A stretch of 46,473 nt of DNA from a virus. Taxonomy: Duplodnaviria; Caudoviricetes. Below are positions 27,825-36,804 of the stretch, in pieces. The position numbers and the translations under genes were made by a program. Below the pieces are notes generated by a model. It saw only the letters and a list, made by a program, of their open reading frames with translations, was not told the origin of the DNA and ran no database searches. Numbering within the stretch: position 1 is the stretch's first letter; every line of letters starts with the position of its first letter. The stretch lies in IMG/VR virus record IMGVR_UViG_3300017909_002824, positions 1 to 46,473 of that record; one strand, written 5' to 3'.

Positions 27825-28357
27825 TGGACTTAAAGAGAAAAATACGAACAGTACCTGACTTTCCTAAAAAAGGTGTTCAATTCAGAGATATTACAAGTAT
27901 TACAGAAAATGCAGATGCTTTTAATTATACCATTACTAAATTGAAATCTCATGTTGCACGTTTTAATGCAGACTGCATAGTAGGTATAGAAAGTAGAGGT
28001 TTTGTATTTGGCACTCCTGTTGCAAATGATTTTCATTTACCATTTATATTAGCAAGAAAGCCAGGCAAGTTACCAAACCCTACATTTAGCAAAGAATATA
28101 AATTAGAGTACGGTGATGCAGAAATACATATTCAAAAACTATCACCAATAGAGGGAAAGGTTGTTGTTATAGATGATCTAATTGCTACAGGTGGTACCGC
28201 TTTGGCATGTGCTAATTTAATACATGAAAAATTTGATATACCAAAAGAAAACATTTTTATTGTTGCTGTAATAGACTTGCCTGATTTAGGAGGCAGTTCA
28301 GTTATAAAAGACAATGAATACAATGTAGAAACACTAATTGAGTTTGAAGGAGAATAA
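27824..28357 (+). CDS. apt: Adenine phosphoribosyltransferase
   Basis: IRTVPDFPKKGVQFRDIT, ESRGF, RKPGKLP, LEYG, PRPP-binding VIDDLIATGGT; coupled to metK through TAATG. Confidence 0.95.
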   Translation: MDLKRKIRTVPDFPKKGVQFRDITSITENADAFNYTITKLKSHVARFNADCIVGIESRGFVFGTPVANDFHLPFILARKPGKLPNPTFSKEYKLEYGDAEIHIQKLSPIEGKVVVIDDLIATGGTALACANLIHEKFDIPKENIFIVAVIDLPDLGGSSVIKDNEYNVETLIEFEGE

Positions 28358-28519
28358 ATGAAAAAATTATCGACAAAACAAATCTTAAGAAAAAAGAGAC
28401 TTGATAAAAAACGTTTTGCTAATTCTGTAAAAAGAAAGGCAAGAAATAAAATTTTAAGCATACAAGCAGAAAAACTTAAGATTAAATTTCGTAGACAATC
28501 AAGATCATTTATGTTATAA
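28358..28519 (+). CDS. Small very basic protein (53 aa)
   Basis: MKKLSTKQILRKKRLDKKRFANSVKRKARNKILSIQAEKLKIKFRRQSRSFML; AGGAG RBS; directly after the apt stop. Confidence 0.55.
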   Translation: MKKLSTKQILRKKRLDKKRFANSVKRKARNKILSIQAEKLKIKFRRQSRSFML

Positions 28520-28521
28520 TT

Positions 28522-28608
28522 ATGGCAAGGAAACAACAACAACAAAAAGTTGATCCTAAGAAGGAAAAACTAAAAATGAAACAGGCACAAGACAGACGTA
28601 ATGGCTAA
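28522..28608 (+). CDS. Micro-ORF (28 aa, MARKQQQQKVDPKKEKLKMKQAQDRRNG)
   Basis: Fills the gap exactly and overlaps the next start codon. Confidence 0.4.
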   Translation: MARKQQQQKVDPKKEKLKMKQAQDRRNG

Positions 28609-29068
28609 AAAACCTCAGATACCTCTTAAAGATGTAATGGCGGCTATTGATAAAAAAGATAGAGGCTTTTACAGTCGTTTGACTGATGAGCAAAAGAAAG
28701 CCTTTAGTGCATGGATGATGATGAGATATTGTAGTAGTGTTCAAGGCAGAGAAGCCGCAAATTACATTTACTTAACCAATGAACTTGTTAATCATCAATT
28801 TATGGAAGTTAGTAAACATCCAGAGTTGCAATGGTTATTATTAAGTGCCTGCGGCGCCGGTAAAGTTCAATTTCATCCATATGTAAAGCCTCCTAATGCA
28901 AGAAAGAAAAAGAATAAAATATTTGAGTTTGTAAGTGATTTGAATCCTCATATGAAAGCAGAGGATATAAATTTGCTTATTGAGTTTAACACTAAGGAAG
29001 AATTAAAAGAATTAGCAGAAGCACACGGTTATGACGACAAAGCAATCAATGACATCTTTGGAAAGTAA
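28601..29068 (+). CDS. Possible clamp-loader small subunit (T4 gp62-like)
   Basis: Pattern FSAWMMMRYCS...NELVN...HPELQW...KKK resembles gp62-type proteins; replication context. Confidence 0.45.
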   Translation: MAKKPQIPLKDVMAAIDKKDRGFYSRLTDEQKKAFSAWMMMRYCSSVQGREAANYIYLTNELVNHQFMEVSKHPELQWLLLSACGAGKVQFHPYVKPPNARKKKNKIFEFVSDLNPHMKAEDINLLIEFNTKEELKELAEAHGYDDKAINDIFGK

Positions 29069-29738
29069 GCCAACCTGCAAATGGTGTGGCAAAAGTTTTA
29101 TGAGTGAAAGAACTCTTTCTGCTCATATGTGTGTAAAGAAAAGACGTTGGGCAGATAAAGACTTAACGCATACAAGATTAGGTTACAGAGTATTTCAAAT
29201 GTTTTATGAACTTAATACTGCCGCAAGTAAACCTAAGTCACAAGAAGATTTTATTCGCAGTCAATACTATGAAGGCTTTACAAAATTTGGCAGGAGTTGT
29301 ATTCGCAATGAATATTTGCATCCAGAAAAATTTGCAGAATGGCTTATTAAGAATAGCAAAAAATTAAAAGATTGGTGTAAGGATAGCCTCTATGATGAGT
29401 TTCTTTTAGGCTATGTAAAGAAAGAGCCTGGCATGAAAGCATTAGAAAGATCAATAATGTATTTGAATGAATGGGCAACAGAGAATAATAAAGAATGGAC
29501 AAGATACTTTTATGAAGTTAGTACGCCAAGAGCAGTACATGATATTCGTAGTGCAAAAATAAGTCCATGGGTATTATTTCTTAGCGATTCGGGAGATCAA
29601 CTTTTAACAAGATTCAGCGATGAACAAGTTAAAATGATCGAGCATGTAATTGATGCAACATTTTGGATGAAAGTGTTTGCACAAAACAAAGAAGAGGTAA
29701 AAACAATTAAGGAGACCTGCCAGGTAGCAAAACTATGA
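29031..29738 (+). CDS. Hypothetical protein with N-terminal zinc finger
   Basis: CKWCGKSF.SE.TL..HMC. Confidence 0.65.
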   Translation: MTTKQSMTSLESKPTCKWCGKSFMSERTLSAHMCVKKRRWADKDLTHTRLGYRVFQMFYELNTAASKPKSQEDFIRSQYYEGFTKFGRSCIRNEYLHPEKFAEWLIKNSKKLKDWCKDSLYDEFLLGYVKKEPGMKALERSIMYLNEWATENNKEWTRYFYEVSTPRAVHDIRSAKISPWVLFLSDSGDQLLTRFSDEQVKMIEHVIDATFWMKVFAQNKEEVKTIKETCQVAKL

Positions 29739-30448
29739 ATGTAAAATTAATTAGTTACAGTCAAGAAGAAAAGTACGATTACTCTGATAGAGCAAGACCA
29801 GATGGTTTTGTTTTTAGAGAGCAAGAAGAGGAAAAAGATGCATTAGAACTTATTGCCTTTTGTGCAAGAGTAAGTAATCCAGAAAATCAAAATAATAAAG
29901 AAACAAGTGAAAAACTTGTTAAGTATTTGATGAAGCATAAACACTGGTCACCACTTGAAATGGTAAGTGCATGTTTAGAGATTGAAACTACAAGAGATAT
30001 TGCAAGACAAATATTAAGACACAGAAGTTTTAGTTTCCAAGAGTTTAGTCAACGTTATGCAGATCCTACAAAAGATCTTTCTTTTGTTTATAGAGAAGCA
30101 AGATTGCAAGATTTAAAAAATAGGCAAAACAGTATAGAAGCAGAAAACACTGAGTTGCAAGAAGAATGGAAGTGGCAACAAGAGAAAGTAATTAGGGCAT
30201 CAAAATATGCTTATACTTGGGCAATAGAAAAAGGTATTGCCAAAGAACAAGCCAGAGCAGTATTACCAGAAGGAAATACGTTAAGTAGAATGTATGTAAA
30301 TGGCACATTGCGTAGTTGGATACATTACATTGAGTTACGTGGTGCTAATGGTACACAAAAAGAGCATATGGAAATTGCTTGGGCAGTTGCAGACACTATT
30401 ACAAAAATATTTCCACTTGCTGAAGAATTTAAAGGAAAAGACATATGA
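29735..30448 (+). CDS. thyX: Flavin-dependent thymidylate synthase
   Basis: ARVS, HWSPLE, QILRHRSFSFQEFSQRY (RHRx7S), KEQARAVLP, TQKEH. Confidence 0.95.
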   Translation: MNVKLISYSQEEKYDYSDRARPDGFVFREQEEEKDALELIAFCARVSNPENQNNKETSEKLVKYLMKHKHWSPLEMVSACLEIETTRDIARQILRHRSFSFQEFSQRYADPTKDLSFVYREARLQDLKNRQNSIEAENTELQEEWKWQQEKVIRASKYAYTWAIEKGIAKEQARAVLPEGNTLSRMYVNGTLRSWIHYIELRGANGTQKEHMEIAWAVADTITKIFPLAEEFKGKDI

Positions 30449-30702
30449 AAAAACGCGAAGAAATGTTAGTCATTACTATGGAAGAATGCGGCGAGTTAAT
30501 TCAAGCCTGTAGCAAAGTAATCCGTACTAAAGGCAAAACAAAGTATTTGCGTAATCTTCAAGATGAGATTGGTGATGTTATGACCATGATTGAAATAATG
30601 AAAATGAGCGGTCTGGTTACTGATGAGCAAATTGCAGATAGAATGGTTGAGAAAAAAGAAAAATTAATGAAGTGGAGCATGTTGTTTAGCGATGAAGATT
30701 GA
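30445..30702 (+). CDS. MazG-like NTP pyrophosphohydrolase
   Basis: EECGELIQACSK...DEIGDV (ExxE/ExxD). Confidence 0.8.
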   Translation: MKKREEMLVITMEECGELIQACSKVIRTKGKTKYLRNLQDEIGDVMTMIEIMKMSGLVTDEQIADRMVEKKEKLMKWSMLFSDED

Positions 30703-31276
30703 TTTTGATGTAGACATTGATATGGCTAACAGAGATGACTTTCTCAAGTTAGTTAATGTCACTCCTGCAAGTATTGAAAAAGATGGCAAGTTTACCAAAC
30801 ACAATACTGGTGTCTATTTTCAGAACATTCCAAAGTTTCCACTTGAAGGGTACAGTACAGTAGATCACAAACAAGCAGAAGATGAAGGCTGGTTTAAATT
30901 AGATGTTTTAAATAATCATGTTTACAAAGATGTAATCGATGAAGCACATTTAGATAGATTGGTTAATACAGAACCTATGTGGGAGTTGTTTGAACACGAA
31001 GAAATTGTTGAACAACTATTCCATATCAACAATCATTTTGATATTGTAAAGCAACATCCGCCTGAGAGCATAGATCAATTGGCAATGATACTTGCAATGA
31101 TAAGACCAGGTAAACGTCATTTGGTTGGAAAGGATTGGAAGGATGTCGAAAAGAATGTATGGAAAAAGCCTAAGGATAATTCATACTTTTTTAAGAAAAG
31201 CCACAGTTATGGTTATGCAGTTGCAATAATTGTACAATTAAATATTATTGTTGAGAAACTTAATCAGTCTTCCTAA
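30692..31276 (+). CDS. Miniature DNA polymerase III alpha (DnaE)-like nucleotidyltransferase core
   Basis: DFDVDID, KHNTGV, FKLDVL, AMIRPG, FKKSHSYGYA in DnaE order. Confidence 0.75.
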   Translation: MKIDFDVDIDMANRDDFLKLVNVTPASIEKDGKFTKHNTGVYFQNIPKFPLEGYSTVDHKQAEDEGWFKLDVLNNHVYKDVIDEAHLDRLVNTEPMWELFEHEEIVEQLFHINNHFDIVKQHPPESIDQLAMILAMIRPGKRHLVGKDWKDVEKNVWKKPKDNSYFFKKSHSYGYAVAIIVQLNIIVEKLNQSS

Positions 31277-31640
31277 CTAACTGAATACCTCTTCGCTTTA
31301 TTCTTTTTCTGATTAAATTTTCTAATGATGTCATAGGACCAAATAAAACTTCTACATCTTTCATTACAAAAGTTCGTAGATAAGATCTAAAAGGTTTCAT
31401 TTCGTGATGCAGGAAAACATCTATAGGCATTTGTCTATTAGATTCCCACCACCATATCTCACCTAAATCTAAGATTTCTTTTTTAAACTTTTCAGATGGT
31501 AACGCATCTAAATCATAAAAAGTACATATACTGCTATCATGATTTACAACTATGCCTACAAATTCTTTACCGCAGTATTCTATACCAGTTAGGAAAGGGA
31601 ATTTTTCTTGTGTTTGTTTTATTAGATTTTCTTTTTCCAC
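31260..31640 (-). CDS. Hypothetical protein (reverse strand)
   Basis: GTG start 5 nt after CTAAATA on the - strand; WWWESNR motif; basic C-terminus. Confidence 0.7.
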   Translation of the reverse strand: MEKENLIKQTQEKFPFLTGIEYCGKEFVGIVVNHDSSICTFYDLDALPSEKFKKEILDLGEIWWWESNRQMPIDVFLHHEMKPFRSYLRTFVMKDVEVLFGPMTSLENLIRKRIKRRGIQLVRKTD

Positions 31641-31693
31641 AAAACTATTTAGTATCTATAATGATAAATACTGTATATTAAAGAGTTTAAAAT

Positions 31694-32506
31694 ATGACTT
31701 ATGGCGATAATAGACTTTATCTTTATGAAGATGTGCTTGAATTGGTTATTGGAACCGATGGATTATATGTGGATAACAGACCTATGAACAACAGAAAATT
31801 AGTGGCCCATAAAGGCCTTGAAAACGAAATTATTTTTACTATTAGAAATAGAGATAGAAAATTGCAGAATGTTTTTACAGAAACATTAAGTGCATACTTA
31901 ATTAACCCTACAACTAAAAGAAGACTTTTTTATAAGTTATTAGAACATACAGATAGTGTAGGCCAAGCCAAGTTAGTTTTGAACGAAAATGATTTACAAA
32001 ATGTTAATGCAGGGTTATATAGAATCTATATAGCAAGGCAAACCGCAGACGGATACGATAAACCTGTATTTTCAAATCAAAGTAGTGATTTAACATTTGA
32101 TATTGAAATCACAGAACAGATTGATCAATCACCAGTTCCTACCCAAAGTGCAAATAGTTTTATACAAGTTGCTGATACTGGTAGTGGTGCTAACGCAAAT
32201 ATTTTTGCCAGTAGTGCCTTATATGGAAATCAAGATAGAAACTTTAATCATGCTTTACATACCATTGCAATATTCCCAAGCAATTACAGTGGAAATATAG
32301 ATATTCAAGGTAGTTGCATCGAAGGAACACCAGACAGCGATGATGCAAGTACAGATTGGTTTAATATTGTAAATGATGTAAATTTTGCGTCATCCAGTAA
32401 CGTTTATAATAAAACATTTACAATAAATGCAAACTGGATTAGAATTCTCCATAAACCAGACAGCGATAATGCTGGCAGTATTTCTAACGTTCACTTAAGA
32501 AATTAA
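31694..32506 (+). CDS. Late, probably virion structural protein (beta-rich)
   Basis: Late promoter GATAAATA at 31663-70; S/N/T-rich beta-strand pattern. Confidence 0.55.
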   Translation: MTYGDNRLYLYEDVLELVIGTDGLYVDNRPMNNRKLVAHKGLENEIIFTIRNRDRKLQNVFTETLSAYLINPTTKRRLFYKLLEHTDSVGQAKLVLNENDLQNVNAGLYRIYIARQTADGYDKPVFSNQSSDLTFDIEITEQIDQSPVPTQSANSFIQVADTGSGANANIFASSALYGNQDRNFNHALHTIAIFPSNYSGNIDIQGSCIEGTPDSDDASTDWFNIVNDVNFASSSNVYNKTFTINANWIRILHKPDSDNAGSISNVHLRN

Positions 32507-32507
32507 C

Positions 32508-32535
32508 TTGACTTTTTTCTAAAATACTGTATAAT
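32508..32535 (+). promoter_or_regulatory. sigma70-type promoter for primase (probably leaderless)
   Basis: TTGACT, 16-nt spacer, TATAAT, then 6 nt to the ATG; no SD. Confidence 0.65.
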
Positions 32536-32541
32536 AACAGT

Positions 32542-33519
32542 ATGGATATAGACTTTCTTGTAGAAAAAGTACATCGACTTTTGATGGATAATTTGCCTGT
32601 TAAAACAAGCAAAACTCCAAGTGGCTGGACTACAATGAATTGCCCAATGTGTAGCGACAAACGTAAACGTGGTGGTGTAATTACAAGTGGTGCAAAGATA
32701 TCATATAATTGTTTTAATTGTGGATTCAAAACTGGCTGGTCACCAAGTCCTGGGATAGGTAAAAAATATAAAGAACTTGTAAGTAAGTTGGGTGTAGATT
32801 CAAAAGAAATACATCAAATACAAGTTGAACTTTTAAAACACAGCGACGATTTAGAGATTGAGGAAACATCTGATTACGTTTATAATCTATCTAAGTTTAA
32901 TACTGAACAACTACCTGAGTCAGCAGTTGTAATCGAAGATTTACCAAAGTCTCATCCAGTGAGACAGTATGCAGTTGATAGGGGACTATTTGGTCTATAT
33001 CCATTGCTGTACTTTGACGAGTCATTGTACAAGCAAAGATTAATAGTCCCTTTTTCTTACAATGGTGAATTAGTAGGTTGGACAGGTAGACATATAAATC
33101 CACCAGATAAGCAGACACCTAAGTACTTACATAAAATGCAACCTGGTTATGTTTTTAATATAGACAGATTTGCAGACAGTAAAAGACAAATTGTAATTGT
33201 CACAGAAGGAGTATTTGACGCAATACTTGTAGATGGTGTTGCTGTACAAGGCAATCATGTAACTGCCGAGCAGGCACATTTACTTGATAAGTTAAGTAAG
33301 AGAATAATTTTATGTCCCGACAGAGATGATGCAGGTAATGAATTTATAGAACAAGCATTAGCATTAGATTGGGAAGTTAGTTTCCCGCCATGGCACGTTG
33401 ATTGTAAAGATGCCGCAGATGCTGTACAACGATATGGAAGGTTAGCAACAGTAAGCAGTATTATAAAACATGCAACAGGCAACAAATTGAAAGCAAGAGT
33501 AAAGGCAAAAATGATATGA
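32542..33519 (+). CDS. DNA primase (Zn finger + TOPRIM)
   Basis: CPMC...YNCFNCG, GR, PKY, TEGVFDA, PDRDDAG, KDAADA. Confidence 0.9.
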   Translation: MDIDFLVEKVHRLLMDNLPVKTSKTPSGWTTMNCPMCSDKRKRGGVITSGAKISYNCFNCGFKTGWSPSPGIGKKYKELVSKLGVDSKEIHQIQVELLKHSDDLEIEETSDYVYNLSKFNTEQLPESAVVIEDLPKSHPVRQYAVDRGLFGLYPLLYFDESLYKQRLIVPFSYNGELVGWTGRHINPPDKQTPKYLHKMQPGYVFNIDRFADSKRQIVIVTEGVFDAILVDGVAVQGNHVTAEQAHLLDKLSKRIILCPDRDDAGNEFIEQALALDWEVSFPPWHVDCKDAADAVQRYGRLATVSSIIKHATGNKLKARVKAKMI

Positions 33520-34301
33520 AAAATTTATATGTAAATGGTTGTAGTTTTACGCATGGACATAGAGATCATGTTACAAGTTTTGAAGGAATAGAACAGCCTG
33601 CAACATTTACTTGGCCAGCACTTTTGCAAGAAGAGACAGAATGTAATTTAGTAAATGAAGCATACAGTGGAGGCAGTAATAGTAGATTAGTTAGAAGAAC
33701 ATGCGAATATTTGTCACAAGTGGAAGACCCAGAGAATTGGGTAGTTATTTTACAATTTACTTCTTTAGAAAGAGATGAATATTTTGATTCTAACCGACAA
33801 ATATGGATTGGAAATGTGAATGACTATGCATGTTTTGATGATCGATCAAAACATTTTAATCCAAAGAATATTAAAATACGATCAGACTCATTGTTTCAAA
33901 ATCACGTGAGAGCAAAAGTAATTACAAGTTCAATAAGTGCAAATGTTCTCAAGTTAGCACAACAAACACTATTTTTACAAACTTATCTTGATAAGTTAGG
34001 ATTTAAACAAATAATGTTTACTGGCCTTAGTCAAAGTTGCCTTATTAATTATTATATGGAAAAACATTTAAACCCAGGTTCCGATATAGATTTAAGACCA
34101 AAAATAGAAAATTGTGTTAATTTTGACGTAATAAAACATTTATATGACAGCATAGATACTGCAAATTTTGTAGAACCTTTGAGTCATATAACACGTGGTT
34201 ATGAAGAATCAGCAGAAGATGGCCATCCAAATATAGAAGGTCACCGCATTTTTAGTAGATATATAATTAAGCAACTCGATTTGAGGAATTGGTATGAGTG
34301 A
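33516..34301 (+). CDS. SGNH/GDSL-like hydrolase or acyltransferase
   Basis: Block I NGCSFT, NEAYSGGSN, C-terminal DGHPN..GH. Confidence 0.55.
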   Translation: MKNLYVNGCSFTHGHRDHVTSFEGIEQPATFTWPALLQEETECNLVNEAYSGGSNSRLVRRTCEYLSQVEDPENWVVILQFTSLERDEYFDSNRQIWIGNVNDYACFDDRSKHFNPKNIKIRSDSLFQNHVRAKVITSSISANVLKLAQQTLFLQTYLDKLGFKQIMFTGLSQSCLINYYMEKHLNPGSDIDLRPKIENCVNFDVIKHLYDSIDTANFVEPLSHITRGYEESAEDGHPNIEGHRIFSRYIIKQLDLRNWYE

Positions 34302-35676
34302 TATAAAGGATTATAACGAAGAAGTACAAGAATTGTTTCTTCGATTTTTATTAAGTGATAAGGATTTATTTGCAAGATGTCAAAATATTGTAAAGCCTGA
34401 GTTCTTTAATCAAAAGTATAGAAAAGCAGTTGATCTTTTTATCAGTCATAGTGCTAAACACAATGCAATTCCTACACCAGAGCAAGTTAGTGCCGCCGCA
34501 GGTGTTTCTTTAGAACTAATTCCAAATGTTACAGTAGATCATCATAATTGGTTTATGAATGAATTTGAAACATTTTGTAGGCACAAAGCATTAGAAAAAG
34601 CAATCATAGAAAGTACAGACTTGTTAGAAAAACAAGATTATGGTACTGTAGAAAATAAAATTAAAGATGCAAGCCAAGTTGCATTAGTAAAAGATTTAGG
34701 TTTAGATTATTTTGAAAATCCAAAGGAGAGATTGGAGTGGATAAAAAACCAAGCAGGAGCAACAAGCACAGGGTGGAAAGGGATAGACCAAAAACTTTAC
34801 GGTGGACTGAACAGAGGCGAAATGACAATATTCGCAGGAGGCTCCGGCGCAGGTAAGAGTTTATTTTTGCAGAACTTTGCTGTTAATTGGGTACTTGCAG
34901 GAATGAACGTTGTTTATATCTCTTTAGAACTTAGTGAACAACTTATTAGTATGCGTCTTGATGCAATGGTAAGTGGGTTTGGCACAAAAGAGATTATGCG
35001 TAACATGGATGATGTTGATCTAAAAGTGCGTATGAAAGCCAAAGGTGCAGGTAAACTGAGAGTAAAACAGTTGCCTAATGGTATAAATGCAAATGACATC
35101 AGAGCATTTTTAAGAGAATATGAGTTACAAGAAGGCGAAAAAGTAGACTGTCTATTAGTAGACTACTTGGATCTTATGATGCCTATTAGTCAACGTGTAA
35201 GTGGTGGCGATTTGTTTATTAAAGACAAGTATGTTTCTGAAGAGTTGCGTAATTTAGCAGTAGAAAGAGACTTGCTGTTTGTTACTGCATCGCAGTTAAA
35301 CAGAGGTGCAGTAGAAGAAATAGAATTTGATCACCACCATATTGCAGGCGGTATTAGTAAGATACAAACAGCAGATAATGTTGTAGGTATTTTTACAAGT
35401 AATGCTATGAGAGAAAAAGGTAGGTATCAAATACAATTTATGAAAACAAGAAGCAGTAGTGGTGTAGGTACTAAAGTAGATTTAAGATTTGATCCAGATA
35501 CATTAAGGATAGAAGACTTGCAGGAGGGAGACGAAGATACCGCAACTATTACTACAAGCAGTCTTGTAGATCAACTAAAACGTAGTAATACAATAAAAGC
35601 AGACGAACCTGAACAGCAAGACACTATTGGGCAGGCAATGAACATGCGTGAGTTCTTAAAAAAGAATGACATCTAA
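34294..35676 (+). CDS. Replicative DnaB-like helicase (T4 gp41-like)
   Basis: GGSGAGKS, SLELSE, VDYLDLM, TASQLNR, TAD, MKTR. Confidence 0.92.
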   Translation: MSDIKDYNEEVQELFLRFLLSDKDLFARCQNIVKPEFFNQKYRKAVDLFISHSAKHNAIPTPEQVSAAAGVSLELIPNVTVDHHNWFMNEFETFCRHKALEKAIIESTDLLEKQDYGTVENKIKDASQVALVKDLGLDYFENPKERLEWIKNQAGATSTGWKGIDQKLYGGLNRGEMTIFAGGSGAGKSLFLQNFAVNWVLAGMNVVYISLELSEQLISMRLDAMVSGFGTKEIMRNMDDVDLKVRMKAKGAGKLRVKQLPNGINANDIRAFLREYELQEGEKVDCLLVDYLDLMMPISQRVSGGDLFIKDKYVSEELRNLAVERDLLFVTASQLNRGAVEEIEFDHHHIAGGISKIQTADNVVGIFTSNAMREKGRYQIQFMKTRSSSGVGTKVDLRFDPDTLRIEDLQEGDEDTATITTSSLVDQLKRSNTIKADEPEQQDTIGQAMNMREFLKKNDI

Positions 35677-35725
35677 AATAACTATATCATGATAAATAGT
35701 ATAATATATTGCATTGGAGAATAAA

Positions 35726-35995
35726 TTGAGAAAGACAAAAAGCATTCTCGAAGAGTTAAGTAAAATATCTGTTGATCGTGATAGAAACTTTGTTACGGAA
35801 AATCGTGCTGAGCATGTAATTAATAGTGCAATAAATCTTTTGGAGCAAATTGACGAGCATTACACTCCTGAACAAGCAAAAGATTTAAACAACAGACTTA
35901 TTAACAGTATTAGAGGCAGAGATGCTAAAAAATTCTCCAGAGGCATAAAGAAAATAATCAAAGAGGCCCAGAGAGAAGATAATGCTGATAAATGA
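35726..35995 (+). CDS. Small late protein
   Basis: Late promoter at 35691-98; GGAG RBS before TTG 35726 (MRKTKSILEEL...). Confidence 0.65.
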   Translation: MRKTKSILEELSKISVDRDRNFVTENRAEHVINSAINLLEQIDEHYTPEQAKDLNNRLINSIRGRDAKKFSRGIKKIIKEAQREDNADK

Positions 35996-36794
35996 AATAA
36001 TTACAGAAGCACCACAAAAAGGGCCACGTATATCTGGCGCAAAAGATCTTACTAAAGAATTCTTAATTGATGATCCTGTATCTGGGGGGAAATATAAATG
36101 GCGTCCTACCAGAGGTGTATTTATAGATGCGGCAGGTGTTAAAATTAGACCTGGTAGTAAACTTGATAATAACCTTATGAAAGCCGCTGGGTATCGCAGT
36201 ACATTCTTTGGCAGTAACAAAATAAAAGAACGTAATCCAAGTGCTATAGGACAACGTATAAAACACTTTACTGGGCAAACAGCAATTCCTGAAAAGTCAG
36301 GATTAGTAACAAGATTATCAACAGGTATATTTACAGTTGCTGGTAGAATTGTTACTTTACCTTTTAGACTGTTATTTGGAGTAAGTAGATTAATTTTTGG
36401 CGCATTAGGAAGTATTTTAGGTGTTGCTTTTAATGATCCATTTGCTTTAAAATATGCATACGGAAAGGGAGATAAAAAGAAAGATGATCAGCCAAAAGTA
36501 GACCCGGAAGATATTCCACTTCCAGATGAAGATGATCCTCTTAATCTCGATGATCCTAAGCCTAAACCTAAGCCTAAACCTAAAAAGTTTTTCAAAGGCG
36601 ATGTTGTTAAATTTACTCCAAAAGGCAAAACAGATCCTATTAATGCTACCGTTGTGCAATATCCACTTATGATTGTTCCTGGTACCGGCGATAAGGTTTT
36701 AGATCCTACAATGGCTAAAATTAATACTGGTAGACAAGACTTCAATATTAAGATAGATAGATTGACTTTGCTTCGTAAGAGAAAGCCTAAATAA
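35982..36794 (+). CDS. Probable capsid-internal protein with a hydrophobic segment and a PK linker
   Basis: MLINEIITEA N-terminus; hydrophobic stretch; (PK)5. Confidence 0.6.
   Translation: MLINEIITEAPQKGPRISGAKDLTKEFLIDDPVSGGKYKWRPTRGVFIDAAGVKIRPGSKLDNNLMKAAGYRSTFFGSNKIKERNPSAIGQRIKHFTGQTAIPEKSGLVTRLSTGIFTVAGRIVTLPFRLLFGVSRLIFGALGSILGVAFNDPFALKYAYGKGDKKKDDQPKVDPEDIPLPDEDDPLNLDDPKPKPKPKPKKFFKGDVVKFTPKGKTDPINATVVQYPLMIVPGTGDKVLDPTMAKINTGRQDFNIKIDRLTLLRKRKPK
36555..36584 (+). repeat. CCTAAR x5 coding microsatellite (Pro-Lys)
   Basis: cctaag cctaaa cctaag cctaaa cctaaa. Confidence 0.8.
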
Positions 36795-36804
36795 GGATGA
36801 TTCA

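Noticed and set aside
20831-28357. Host chromosomal fragment or prophage boundary (TBDR, metK, apt look cellular)
   Set aside because: These genes are interleaved and overlapped with phage genes such as uvsW, are of similar AT-richness, and have no integrase or att site nearby.
11284-35676. Inteins or introns in terminase, UvsX, helicases, primase or ThyX
   Set aside because: Lengths are normal and motifs are contiguous; no intein splice-junction or LAGLIDADG signatures seen.
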